A DNA stretch of 64,000 nt from Thermoproteota archaeon (GCA_037917685.1 JAVCBU010000011.1:70190-134189); one strand, 5' to 3'. Positions 51,501 to 60,583 are shown, counted from the first letter of the stretch. Program-made: numbers and translations. Notes: generated by a model from the letters alone, not told the origin.

Positions 51501-51746
51501 TTCTATATAGGAGGCCTCATCATCTTCGTAGTGCTCAACAACGGTGCATATGCCAACAGCTCTATTATCTAAAAAAGCCACTAGTGGGGCGAAGGACCTT
51601 ACTGATCTTATCCAGTCTAAAACTCTGTCCTCTGTGTAGGGTACCCCGCCTGTGAGGCCGCCAGGCCATCCCTCCTCACTTTCATTAAGCATTCTTGCGA
51701 CATTCGGAGCATCCACAGGCTTAAATTTCCTAATTACAAGCGACAT
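48552..51746 (-). CDS. giant protein: N-terminal GNAT acetyltransferase domain plus ~900 aa beta-rich region of unknown function
   Basis: 1064 aa. Acetyl-CoA motif YRGRGIGRSLLL at about residue 90. The remainder has repeated beta-sandwich-like and mutarotase-like segments (for example GAPLFSLKAGGDELLNS...GNWLGGICMFG). Confidence 0.6.
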   Translation of the reverse strand: MSLVIRKFKPVDAPNVARMLNESEEGWPGGLTGGVPYTEDRVLDWIRSVRSFAPLVAFLDNRAVGICTVVEHYEDDEASYIEFLNVHPDYRGRGIGRSLLLRAIGESIKLGYKRVDLHTWSGNINAVPLYKKTGFYWVPKTSVYMQNYIPAILTHPLTRRFVRVHGLSHPSWYGRLVRKLDLKDDDYRYEGIKAFPYRFRADSEELIVIVDREARDIAGVETPRVKAGMMIEEQDAPAGFPQHVTWIIRNKNDKPLKVTIEAVEAEDAEIGPISPKSATVNPGEEATFKAVIKPVVEAKYRDEQEKAWRVKSTLNISGLRVPLCIGIRIKQPVAVSISPHPFTLWSGGEGYLNVDLKSEIRDSCRVRVDISHPTGIALDRTSAEISMTPIEHSGFRVKVKPEGPGLYMLKLIPHVEARGLKVRCKPITYNVRVHSHSTVLYGYEGIRNQLVAGNESIIVEVPTIRGSNVRILDGKTLTYSVLGIAEGLGPPYWPSEFERKKFKVEVQESKEGLTIRLESDSKKQAGIRMVKEILIPRGSHLVRLRYGFKNTSTREAEFKVKVRCWLNCFGKYYTIPSEKGLVRTLFTEGDFPFWEGDLPKKPGEYREGWIAVEDKEKGLVSAVLWRSPEEVDIGGGRAAFVYPVRVKPNSEYWTEPLYYYVGPGSWVNISRIWRRMFKGKPAEYEDTPPSYDEPVRLKLSPLIIGGQGKINLTLENLRLRRQSGTVRLKPPEGWSIEPTLVKVENLNIENPLRRSLEVKPHCRSGAYRLTAELELEGILQVKSIPLIHVGGGSKVEISEEKYKEARVFRVGNGYLEYLVGKELGAPLFSLKAGGDELLNSSFPKPRPYSWFGNWLGGICMFGTEQTRWRWSLQREKWTVKKIEGEKWAGIAAECTPEREEHDRIWGLKLRVEYLTMQMARFLLIKFSAENTTNAYRHVTPVIGFFLRLKRPGGEYRFILPGEREIVRREGRYMAWAQAERNYIIAYNTSGWPYITLVSREGAAKVIMGDESQEYGGNLLATAYLHLKPKTRRTYTLLFAVSESLEEARNYSLLSNQPEDTWAPT

Positions 51747-52211
51747 ACAAATACTGAAAACCTAATAGAAATATTTAAGCCTACCATGAACACGGCCTTC
51801 CAGCAAAAGACTTCAGAAACAGTCACCAGAAAATACGAGTTTTAAATTGTAATTGGTCAGAGTATAGCAGTATAACCAAGAAACTGAAATGTAGAGAGAA
51901 CTTAATATTTCGGTATTTCGCCATAATACATGAATGTCCCTAATAGAAGAGTTAACACGGGAGATGGAGTAAAATCCGGAGAAAGCCAGAAAACTCATAG
52001 AGAAAATTCTAAGCGCAGAGCCTGAGCTTTCGATAGCAGTACAGATAAGTACAGTACTCAGAGGGAGTCCTTTCAGCGCCTAGAAGCGTGGCTAGAGAGC
52101 TTAAGAAAACCGCTGCCGAATACAACATTGAGTTGGTGATTGGTGGACCATCTAGGTGATTTAAAACTCTTGAGCGGTTTAGCATTCTTATGCTTTGCCA
52201 TACGGCTTGAT

Positions 52212-55200
52212 TTAGGGAATTTCTGTCTGCCGTGAAGTATTTTCTAACTTTTTAAGGATGAGATATGCCTTCATTAGGTTTTCCGCCTGTTGCTGGAGAT
52301 ACGATCTGAGCTTCTGTCTTAGATATTTAGTGTATGTTCTCCACTTCTCTACTCCCTTCTCTTCTAGGATAGTCTTCGACTTTTCGAACTCTATCTGGAG
52401 CGACTGGAGATCTGTCTCCTGCCTCAGCCCCAACGCTTGTATTACCGCTTGGTATGTTGGTTTTTCTATTCCGAGTTTTTTGGATGCTAACTTCTTAACC
52501 TCGATGAGATCTATTGCCCTAAAGGTTAAGGAGAGGGTTTTGAGGCCAAGTTTTTCCAGCGATTCTTCTATGCTGTCCCCATCGTAGACCACCATTTTAA
52601 AGTCTTGGTTTATTAGCCTGTGTAGGGCTAGGGAGGCATCCTCCCAGCCTTCTTGGAGGTAGTACTCCCGGGAGGCCTCGGAGTAAACATGTTTCTCTCC
52701 ATCGTATATCTCTATAGCGCCTATCACATAGTTCTCCGATAGGGGTATTGATACTACGCCTAATACTGCCATCCTGAGCGCCCGGGAAATCCTTGGTATT
52801 AATATTTCCATCCCCTTCACTTTTACCTTGATCCTCATGGTTTGGAGCATATAATCTATTATCCTAGAGGCATATGCAGCGGCAAGGTCCCATCTAAGCC
52901 CTCTTGATAGAAGCGTTGAATGTGCTTCCTCGTCCAATGCTTGGAGTATTATTTCGGATATGTCGTCGGGTTTGAAACTTTCGATGTTCCTCTTCAAAGA
53001 GATCCAGTCAATCTTCTCCAATAGGCCTGCTGATTCCTCTTCGTGTATGCTTACAAGCTTTAGGTTTCCGACGCTTCCCACAGAGTAGGCAAACGTGTCC
53101 AGGGGGATTCCGTACTTGAATCTTAAAACAAGGATTATGTATGCCAGGCCTATTCTAAGCCATCCAAGGTCTTCTGAGGGGTCAACCTCTACAGTTAAGC
53201 CGTAAGTGTAGTCCCTGTATACGCCGCCGGTGGGTCCAACTACTGGTATCACCCTCTGCACCTTGAGGAAGTAGGTTTTACTATTGGAGACCACCAGCTT
53301 AAGCTTCTCCGAGACAATCCTCCAGTTCACCCTGTTAGGCCTTTTAGTCTTAAGTCCAAAACCTTCCCTTGGAGGGTCAACGATGCATATTCCCTCAGAG
53401 TGTAGCCTGCCCTGGTAATAGTCTCTGAAGAGGTTTGCCTGTTCCCCCCACCTATCCTTGATCCTGTAGTACTCCTCAAGGGCCTGTGCGAGGAAGTCTA
53501 TCCTGTTGAGGGTATCATACCTTAGAGGTTGCTCCCACACTCCTGTCACAACCCTACCCTTCCTAATAAGATCTGTTACAATGGCGTCAGCAGTGTAGTC
53601 TATCATGCCTGGCTGAAACCTCTCCACAAGGTCGCAGTACCCTATGTCTTGGAGGTATCTTCCACCGTTCTCCGACTTAACCCTTTTAATACCGTAGGGC
53701 AGGGCGTACTCGTAGAAGTTCATCTTCATGAAGGCTCTCCTACCCTTAGCTGTTAAGCCTTCTCTCCCCGCAAGCCCAAGCTTTGAGAGGAGGCTGAACT
53801 CTTCCCTGGTTACAAGCCCCTTAAGTTTCGGATGTGAAAGTTTGAAAAGCCCTTCAAAGAGGGTTGAATACTTGTTTTCCGGGTTTACAATGGTCTTCTC
53901 AAGGGGTAGGGAAACCCATTTTCGAAGGAGGTCCACCCCCCGTGTCAGCAGCTCCCTGTCCCACCTGGAGACAGGCACTATCACAGTCTCCGTATTTTCT
54001 ATGTCTCTCCTTCTACCTTTACGCCCCTCCCTCTGCCTGTACTCCCTCACATCTTCCGGGAGGCCTAGGTGAACTATTCTCACAACTGTCCCTATGTCGA
54101 TCCCCTGGCTTAGGGTTCTAGGTGATACGAGGACCTTCATCCCGCCTTCCCTAGCCGCCTTCTCAACGAGGGATCTTTTCTCCCTGTCTACCAGGTGGTG
54201 ATGGGTGGCTGCAAGCTCCTCTGCCTCAGGCCTTAGGATCCTGAGCCTCCTGTAAACCTCCTCTGCAGACCTGATGCTCCTTGTGAACACGATCGTCACG
54301 CCCTCGTCTCTTATATAGTTAGCCACGATCTCGGCTGGGTCAACCATGAGTGAGGGGGCAGGTACACCTGACACCCTGGCAGCCTCCAACACCTTGTAGA
54401 CGTTTTTCTTGAAGAGTTCAAAGTCGTCAAGGCAGGATCGAACGTCCCCGCCGAACCCTTTAAACATGTCTCTGTGGCTTCTCAACAGCTCCCAGACCCT
54501 TCTAAGATTCTTCCCTAGAACTACATAGCACCTATTGGCAACCCTGAAAGGCTTCCCCCTAACAATCCTTGTTTCAAGGCCTGTTATCTCTGTTAGAGCC
54601 TTCGACATCTCCCCAGGGTTTCCAAGGGTAGCTGTTAAAACAGACACCTGGAACTGCGAAGGGAGAAGCAGCCTCATCAGCCTTATCATAGAGATGAGCA
54701 GGGCCACCTCCCTCGGCCCGTAGAAGTCAAACTCGTCGATAACAAGTAGTTTAAGGCTTGAAGCGAAGCCGTAAAGGTAGGACCCACTTCTCCCCCACTT
54801 CTTCAAGTCATTTATCAGGAATGCCGGGTTTGTAATCAGAAGGTCGGCTGTTGACAGGTAGCTTCTAAGCTGCTTGCTTCCAAGCCTGGACACGAGAAGG
54901 TCTCTTCTCCCGGCATCGAGAGCCTCACATTCCAGTCCTAAAGCCTCAGAGTATGCTTTAAGCCTCCTAACCTGGTCATTGGATAGGGCGAGCGTGGGGT
55001 AGACAACCATGGTCCTAGCCCTTTGGGAAGCGGAGTAGGAGAACCACGCCTCAGTCTTCCCGCTTCCGGTGCCAGATATAAGTATAAGATTTGAACCGCT
55101 CCTCAGGGCATCGTAGGCCTCAAGCTGATGCCTATAAAGCTTCTGCCCAGCAATTCGCCCAAACTCTCCGACAGCCGACTCCAGGCCTGGAAGGATTTCG

Positions 55201-55304
55201 CCGAATGAAACATCGACAGTCTCAGGGTTTGAAGCATCCTCGCTGAAAGAGTAGTAGTCATAGCCAAGGGCTTCGAGAAGCTCCGATGAGGAAACCCTAA
55301 CCAA
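52212..55304 (-). CDS. SF2 DEAD/DEAH-like helicase with ~550-aa uncharacterised C-terminal extension
   Basis: 1030 aa. Motif I SGTGSGKTEAW, motif II VIDEFDFY, motif III LTATLG, motif VI QREGRKGRR. The C-terminal half has no motif I recognise. Confidence 0.75.
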   Translation of the reverse strand: MVRVSSSELLEALGYDYYSFSEDASNPETVDVSFGEILPGLESAVGEFGRIAGQKLYRHQLEAYDALRSGSNLILISGTGSGKTEAWFSYSASQRARTMVVYPTLALSNDQVRRLKAYSEALGLECEALDAGRRDLLVSRLGSKQLRSYLSTADLLITNPAFLINDLKKWGRSGSYLYGFASSLKLLVIDEFDFYGPREVALLISMIRLMRLLLPSQFQVSVLTATLGNPGEMSKALTEITGLETRIVRGKPFRVANRCYVVLGKNLRRVWELLRSHRDMFKGFGGDVRSCLDDFELFKKNVYKVLEAARVSGVPAPSLMVDPAEIVANYIRDEGVTIVFTRSIRSAEEVYRRLRILRPEAEELAATHHHLVDREKRSLVEKAAREGGMKVLVSPRTLSQGIDIGTVVRIVHLGLPEDVREYRQREGRKGRRRDIENTETVIVPVSRWDRELLTRGVDLLRKWVSLPLEKTIVNPENKYSTLFEGLFKLSHPKLKGLVTREEFSLLSKLGLAGREGLTAKGRRAFMKMNFYEYALPYGIKRVKSENGGRYLQDIGYCDLVERFQPGMIDYTADAIVTDLIRKGRVVTGVWEQPLRYDTLNRIDFLAQALEEYYRIKDRWGEQANLFRDYYQGRLHSEGICIVDPPREGFGLKTKRPNRVNWRIVSEKLKLVVSNSKTYFLKVQRVIPVVGPTGGVYRDYTYGLTVEVDPSEDLGWLRIGLAYIILVLRFKYGIPLDTFAYSVGSVGNLKLVSIHEEESAGLLEKIDWISLKRNIESFKPDDISEIILQALDEEAHSTLLSRGLRWDLAAAYASRIIDYMLQTMRIKVKVKGMEILIPRISRALRMAVLGVVSIPLSENYVIGAIEIYDGEKHVYSEASREYYLQEGWEDASLALHRLINQDFKMVVYDGDSIEESLEKLGLKTLSLTFRAIDLIEVKKLASKKLGIEKPTYQAVIQALGLRQETDLQSLQIEFEKSKTILEEKGVEKWRTYTKYLRQKLRSYLQQQAENLMKAYLILKKLENTSRQTEIP

Positions 55305-55452
55305 CGCTTCTCACTATAACAAGGTGCTAACTCATTAAAATAATAGAGAGCGTGAATCTTAGGGGACAGTCAGCTGGGACCGCAGCCTAGCAGCTCTAGC
55401 AACTTTAGCCCCATCCAAGGATTCGGCCCCACTTTCATGAGCCGGCTGGAAT

Positions 55453-56868
55453 CTACGGCCTTTTAATCTTCCATATGGGCCCATCGGGGGTATCTTCTAT
55501 TATCACCCCTACCTCGGCGAGCCTGCTCCTGATCATGTCACTTGCCTCGTATTGTTTCATCTTTCTCAGCTCCTCTCTCACCTCAACTATGGCATCTAGC
55601 AGCTTCTCAACGAGCCCTCCACCATACTCCTCCCTACGCTGGAGTATTCCGAAGACCCAGCCCATTCTTCGAACGGTGTCGAGCACCTTTTCCTTAGCTT
55701 CCCCACTGATGCTTCTGCGGCTCGCCGCATACCTACCCATTTCCCTCAGCAGCATGTGAAGCTTTGAAAGCGCAAGTGGAGTGTTAAAGTCGTCATCCAT
55801 CGCCTCCTCAAACTCTGAAAGGAGTTTTTCAGCCTTCAATTCTAATTCCTCCCCTCCCTCCCCCTCCTCCAGCCTCCTGAACGAGTCTATCGTGTTGTAC
55901 ATACCTTCAAGCGTATCCCTAGCCTTTGCAAGATCCTCCTCCCTATAGTGTATAGGCTTCCGGTAATGGGTCTGGACTACGTAGAGCCTTATGGCTTCAG
56001 CGCCGTACTTCGAGAGTGCCTCCCTAACGGTTATAAAGTTCTTTAGAGACTTGGACATCTTCTCACCACCTATCATTAGCACTCCCGAGTGCAGCCAGTA
56101 CTTGACGAATGGTTTTCTGCCCGTGTACGCCTCTGCCTGCGCGATTTCATTGGTATGATGCGGGAATATCAGCTCCGTAGCCCCGCCGTGAAGGTCGTAC
56201 TGGGGTCCGAAAATAGTGATGGTCATAGCTGTGTCTTCAATGTGCCAGCCGGGCCTGCCAGGCCCCCATGGACTATCCCAGTATGGCTCTCCCGGCTTGG
56301 CGGACTTCCAAAGGGCAAAGTCTAGGGGGCTCTTCTTCCTAGGGTCCGGCTCTATTCTATGCTTCTTCAGATCCTCAAGCCTCATCCCGGAAAGCCTAGT
56401 GTAGTCTGGAAACTTTGGCACGTGGTAGTAGACATCTCCATCAACCTGGTAGGCATACCCCTTCTCGATCAAGCCCTTAACCTGCTCTATCATCTCGGGG
56501 ATGTAGTCCGACGACTTCGGGAAGAGGTTAACATTCTGTTTAACCCCTAGGGCCTCCATGTCCTCATAGAATCTCTCCAAGTACAGGCTTGAAAGCTCGT
56601 CCCAGCTCATTCCCCGCTCCCTAGCCCTCCTTATAATCTTGTCATCGATGTCCGTAACATTCTGAACATAGAACACCGAGTACCCTCGGTAGCGGAGCCA
56701 CCTAACAATCACGTCGAAGTTTATATAGGTCTTGGCATGGCCCAGGTGTGCATCATCATAAACAGTCTGGCCGCAGACGAACATGTTTACACGTCGTCCC
56801 CTGAGAGGGGTGAACTCCTCCTTACGCCTGGTAAGCGTATTATAAACCCGCAACACAATAGAAACCAC
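55453..56868 (-). CDS. cysS: cysteinyl-tRNA synthetase
   Basis: 471 aa with the class I motifs HLGHA and KMSKS. Confidence 0.95.
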   Translation of the reverse strand: MVSIVLRVYNTLTRRKEEFTPLRGRRVNMFVCGQTVYDDAHLGHAKTYINFDVIVRWLRYRGYSVFYVQNVTDIDDKIIRRARERGMSWDELSSLYLERFYEDMEALGVKQNVNLFPKSSDYIPEMIEQVKGLIEKGYAYQVDGDVYYHVPKFPDYTRLSGMRLEDLKKHRIEPDPRKKSPLDFALWKSAKPGEPYWDSPWGPGRPGWHIEDTAMTITIFGPQYDLHGGATELIFPHHTNEIAQAEAYTGRKPFVKYWLHSGVLMIGGEKMSKSLKNFITVREALSKYGAEAIRLYVVQTHYRKPIHYREEDLAKARDTLEGMYNTIDSFRRLEEGEGGEELELKAEKLLSEFEEAMDDDFNTPLALSKLHMLLREMGRYAASRRSISGEAKEKVLDTVRRMGWVFGILQRREEYGGGLVEKLLDAIVEVREELRKMKQYEASDMIRSRLAEVGVIIEDTPDGPIWKIKRP

Positions 56869-57007
56869 CCTCCAGCCATAAAGTGCAGGGCTACTTATTA
56901 AACTTTACATAATTCCTAGCTAAGGGTGACATTTCAACATGCTATGCCAACATCTCACAGCCTGTGAAGAATGTTAGCTGTCCACCTCCACAACCTGGGT
57001 AGGCTTT

Positions 57008-58673
57008 CTAACAATCGTTTGTTCTGGGATTGTTAATCCCCACTTTCCATGCGAGGAGGAGTATGAGGATCAGACCCATAGCGGACATAGCTATAACGAC
57101 ATCCCTAGCACTCCGCAACCTGCCTCCAGAGGCTTGGCTGGGCTGGGTTATGGTGGGAGTCCCAGCAACCTCCGAGCTAACTCCGTATATCGGCCTGCCA
57201 CCATACACATCTTCCAAGTACTTTACAAACACGTCGACATAGGAGATGTTTAGGAAGACAGCCTCCTCAACTTTAAGGATGAGTTTTAGACGGTAGAGTA
57301 GATAGTCACATGTTGCAACTTTAACAAAAAGCAACACTAAAACAGCAATAAAAACGTTTTAGACGGTAGAGTAGATAGTCACATGTTGCAACCATGTAGG
57401 ATTTGCCGTCAATTATTAAGCTTCCGTTCGTAAGCATGCCACCCTTCACACCGGAGAAGCAGTATCGGGAAAGCAGTCTCTTAAGGGCCTCACCCCTCAG
57501 CTTAACTAGTACCACAGTGTTAGGGAAGGGGAAGACTCTGAGAACATCCTCCATGTCTATCTCCCCCTCGCCTATGGCTGCCCTTGTCCCCCCCATATTG
57601 TAGAACCCTAGGTCCGCACCCGTATACCATCTCATGGCGTCAGCCATTAGAAGGCAGAGGTCGTGCTTTCCCAGGGTTTTACCCGCATATCCGACTCGCC
57701 GTGAAAGGTAGCCTGACAGGTTCGCCTCGAACACTTCAATTATTCCCCTAATTCTCTCATCAGCCGCTATGGGAGGGCTTTCAGCTTCTAGGAGGCTGCT
57801 TTCATCCATGTCAACCTTCACCCCACGGCCCACGTATAGGACGAGCTTGCCGAGCTGCTTCCCATGCCCCCCGGTTTGGACGATAGCCGTCCCCCTGATG
57901 AGAACTGGTTTCACGAGGGAAATCTCACTATGCCCTCCAACAATGACATCTATACCCCTTACACGGCTTGCAAGCTCCCTGTCAGCGTTCAGGCCAAGAT
58001 GAGATAGAACAACCAAAAGGTTGACTCTGCTCCTTAACAGGCATACATACCTTTCGACCTCGGTGAATGGATCTTTAAGCGTAAGTTCACCGGTAAGCGC
58101 TGGAAGCGTTATCGGGGCATCTGTCGTGACACCGATAACCCCAACCCTCAAGCTACCAACATTAATTATGGTGTAGGGCTCCACAATAAGGCTCATGTTG
58201 TCTGAGTAGTAGGCATTGCAACAGACAAACTTGAAATTGGAAATCCCTACAAGCCTAGACGTAACATTTAACCCCTTGTCAAACTCGTGGTTTCCAAGAG
58301 TGCACGCGTCGTACCCCACGAGGTTCATAGCCTCAACCATGGGAACACCGTCGTACAGGTCGCAAAGCGGCTCACCCATCGTAAAATCCCCAGCATCAAA
58401 AAGCAGCGTGTTATTCTCGGATGCTCTAATCTCAGAGACTAGACTTGAAAGCAGCATAAGCCCACCATACATGGACCCATCCCTATAGTAGGGCTTAACC
58501 GCCCCGTGAAGGTCGTTTGTATATAGAATCACAATCCTAACCCCGCCACCCATACAGGGGGGTGGAGACGCACACCATAAGAATAGGACAACCACTAAGA
58601 GTCTAGTTCTAAATGTAGACATCTCCCGAAGCCCAGATGAACATGGCCATCGAACACTTAAACAGTTTACCAT
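57008..58673 (-). pseudogene. secreted 5'-nucleotidase/metallophosphoesterase (UshA-like) with C-terminal anchor, interrupted by a 73-bp duplication/insertion
   Basis: NDLHG and GNHEFD motifs plus a 5'-nucleotidase C-domain. The peptide VATCDYLLYRLK is encoded twice, at the end of ORF 57321..58673 and near the start of ORF 57008..57337. The likely start is ATG 58620-58622 (MSTFRTRLLVVVLF signal). Confidence 0.85.
57283..57392. repeat. perfect 37-bp direct repeat (57283-57319 and 57356-57392) flanking a 36-bp A/T-rich filler
   Basis: gttttagacggtagagtagatagtcacatgttgcaac occurs twice, 73 bp apart. The spacer is tttaacaaaaagcaacactaaaacagcaataaaaac. Confidence 0.95.
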
Positions 58674-58795
58674 TATCCCCTAAACACCGCGCACAGTATG
58701 GTAGAGCACTGACTGCCACCCCATACCTCCCCCCACAAGGTGTAAAGCTATGGCAATTATAATTATTATCCGCAAATATGATTTAAGACTGGCAG

Positions 58796-59863
58796 ATGGA
58801 GAGGCTAGTTGTAAACCCGAATCCAACAGTCAGCCTACTATGCTATTCAGTCCTAAGAGTAGAGCCTTACACCTTCTGCAGCTACAGCTGCCCATACTGC
58901 TATAGGAATTGGGCGGCTGAGAAAAGGATGCCAAGGCTGAACATTAAAGACGTCACATCATTCAGGAGGCTAGCCGAGAAGCTTGAGAGAGAAGAGTACA
59001 AGCTGCCAGTAAGGCTTTCAACCCTCTGCGAGCCCTTCCAGCCAGCCGAGGAAAGGTACAGGCTATCCTTGAGAGTGCTTAAATATGCTCTGCGCTACAG
59101 GATGCCGCTCATAGTATCAACAAAATCCACACTCCCAGCAAGGAAGCCCTGGATCCAGCTGATCTCAGAGCTAGCCTCCCAACAGCTCATAATAGTACAG
59201 TACACAGTTCTAACCCTAGGCCAGGAGTGGACCAGCCTAGAGCCCGGGGCTCCAAGCCCAATGGAGAGGATCAACACTGCAGGGAAGCTTGCGGACGCCG
59301 GGGTGCCCATAGTATTAAGGATACAGCCTGTAATCCCCGGCATAAACGACACCGCCGAAAAACTTGAAGAGCTGATGATAGAAGCCTCAAAGGTAGGATT
59401 TAAACAGGCAATAATAGAGACAATAAGAACAACCCCGAACTCTGAGTACGCAATGAAATGGTACAGGCCATACCACAGCTCAAAACACCTGGTATCACCC
59501 CCAACATCGTACAAGTATAAGGTAACGGTTAGGGCATTTGAAGCTTCTAGGAAGGCAAACATGAAGCTTTCAGGCTGCAAGGAAGGCTTCCTAGACATGT
59601 ACGATGCCGAAAACTGCTGTGGACTCGCCCACATCAAGCAGCACAGCCTAAGAATAACAATAAGAGATATCTACAGGAGGACATCCAAGGGAGAAACCAT
59701 AGAAGAAGCAATAAACAACCTGCTGGAAAACCCGAGATACGTAGAGTCAAATCTAAAAGCCTACCCAAAACCAGTAAGGAAGAAACTGAGGAAACACCAC
59801 AGCATGCTTATAAAATACATACAGACAGGCCTAGCAGCCAAGATAGTCCCAGCACTACAATAA
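58796..59863 (+). CDS. radical SAM protein (SplB/COG1533-like)
   Basis: 355 aa with the CX3CX2C motif CSYSCPYC near the N-terminus. Confidence 0.65.
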   Translation: MERLVVNPNPTVSLLCYSVLRVEPYTFCSYSCPYCYRNWAAEKRMPRLNIKDVTSFRRLAEKLEREEYKLPVRLSTLCEPFQPAEERYRLSLRVLKYALRYRMPLIVSTKSTLPARKPWIQLISELASQQLIIVQYTVLTLGQEWTSLEPGAPSPMERINTAGKLADAGVPIVLRIQPVIPGINDTAEKLEELMIEASKVGFKQAIIETIRTTPNSEYAMKWYRPYHSSKHLVSPPTSYKYKVTVRAFEASRKANMKLSGCKEGFLDMYDAENCCGLAHIKQHSLRITIRDIYRRTSKGETIEEAINNLLENPRYVESNLKAYPKPVRKKLRKHHSMLIKYIQTGLAAKIVPALQ

Positions 59864-59947
59864 ACCACACGAATTCCAGACCTACAACACAATATTAAAA
59901 CTCTCAAAAGGGGAAGGCCTACAATAGAAGCCTTAGAGCCGGGAGGA

Positions 59948-59973
59948 GAGTTTTGTTTAAGAGTTTTGTTTAA
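59948..59973. repeat. tandem 13-bp repeat gagttttgtttaa x2 upstream of dtxR
   Basis: Two exact adjacent copies, 35-60 nt upstream of the dtxR ATG. Confidence 0.9.
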
Positions 59974-59985
59974 AGTTTATTAATT

Positions 59986-60014
59986 AGGTCATCCTAATAA
60001 TTCTAGGATGACCT
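59986..60014. promoter_or_regulatory. perfect 11-bp inverted repeat (candidate DtxR/MntR-family operator) covering the dtxR start codon
   Basis: AGGTCATCCTA-ataattc-TAGGATGACCT. The ATG at 60008 lies inside the right arm. A TATA-like TTTATTAA sits at 59976-59983, just upstream. Confidence 0.55.
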
Positions 60015-60475
60015 CACTCATGATTGGGATCACCAGGAGGGTGGAAGACTATCTTAGAAGTATCTATGAGATTGTGGAGCGGAAGGGGTTTGCCCGCATC
60101 AAAGATATCGCAAGCGACTTGGATGTTAAGCCTTCTAGCGTTGTCGACATGGTGAGGAGGCTTCATAAAATGAATCTTGTCCTTTATGAGAAGTACGGCG
60201 GTATCAGACTGACCAAGAAGGGGATGGAGATAGCTAGGGCTGTTAAAAAAAGGCATGAAACATTCAGGAGGTTCCTTGAGATAATCTTGGTTCCAAGGGA
60301 CATCGCGCTTAGGGACGCCCATGTGCTCGAGCACATGCTCCATCCCAAGACAGTGCTACAGTTTTCTAAGTTTGTCGAGTTTATAACAGGGGTGGAGAGA
60401 CCACAATCCATTAGACGCTGGATGGAGGAGTTTAAGAGGTACTGTGATAGGATGGATGAAGAATGTTCCGAATGA
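60008..60475 (+). CDS. DtxR/MntR/IdeR-family metal-dependent transcription repressor
   Basis: 155 aa. N-terminal wHTH (EDYLRSIYEI...ARIKDIASDL) and a dimerisation/metal-binding domain. Confidence 0.85.
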   Translation: MTSLMIGITRRVEDYLRSIYEIVERKGFARIKDIASDLDVKPSSVVDMVRRLHKMNLVLYEKYGGIRLTKKGMEIARAVKKRHETFRRFLEIILVPRDIALRDAHVLEHMLHPKTVLQFSKFVEFITGVERPQSIRRWMEEFKRYCDRMDEECSE

Positions 60476-60487
60476 TTTTAGGCTAAG

Positions 60488-60518
60488 AAATGTTCTCTCT
60501 AACATTTTTAGACTTTTT
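60488..60518 (+). terminator. hairpin plus oligo-T tracts after dtxR
   Basis: aaatgtt-ctctct-aacattt (7-bp stem), followed by T5 at 60505-60509 and T5 at 60514-60518. Confidence 0.35.
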
Positions 60519-60569
60519 AAAGGTTTCCTAGGCTTTTTAGGGTATTCTTTATATGTTTCAAGGGGTTTA

Positions 60570-60583
60570 CTAGGATAGCCTAG
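60570..60583. promoter_or_regulatory. candidate second operator upstream of feoA
   Basis: CTAGGATAGCCTAG contains TAGGATAGCCT, a 9/11 match to the dtxR operator arm TAGGATGACCT. It lies 15-28 nt downstream of a TATA-like CTTTATAT. Confidence 0.35.

Noticed and set aside
51813-51998. 61-aa ORF on the - strand in the helicase/GNAT spacer.
   Set aside because: It lies in A/T-rich sequence with unremarkable composition, has no start context or motif, and overlaps the more protein-like relic on the opposite strand.
57320-57355. The 36-nt filler plus repeat as a bulge-helix-bulge mRNA intron or a miniature transposable element.
   Set aside because: Removing 73 nt would restore the frame. However, I could not find a helix-bulge geometry at the junctions. 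There are no terminal inverted repeats, and a 37-bp target duplication does not fit known elements. This is kept only as an alternative to test under the main finding.
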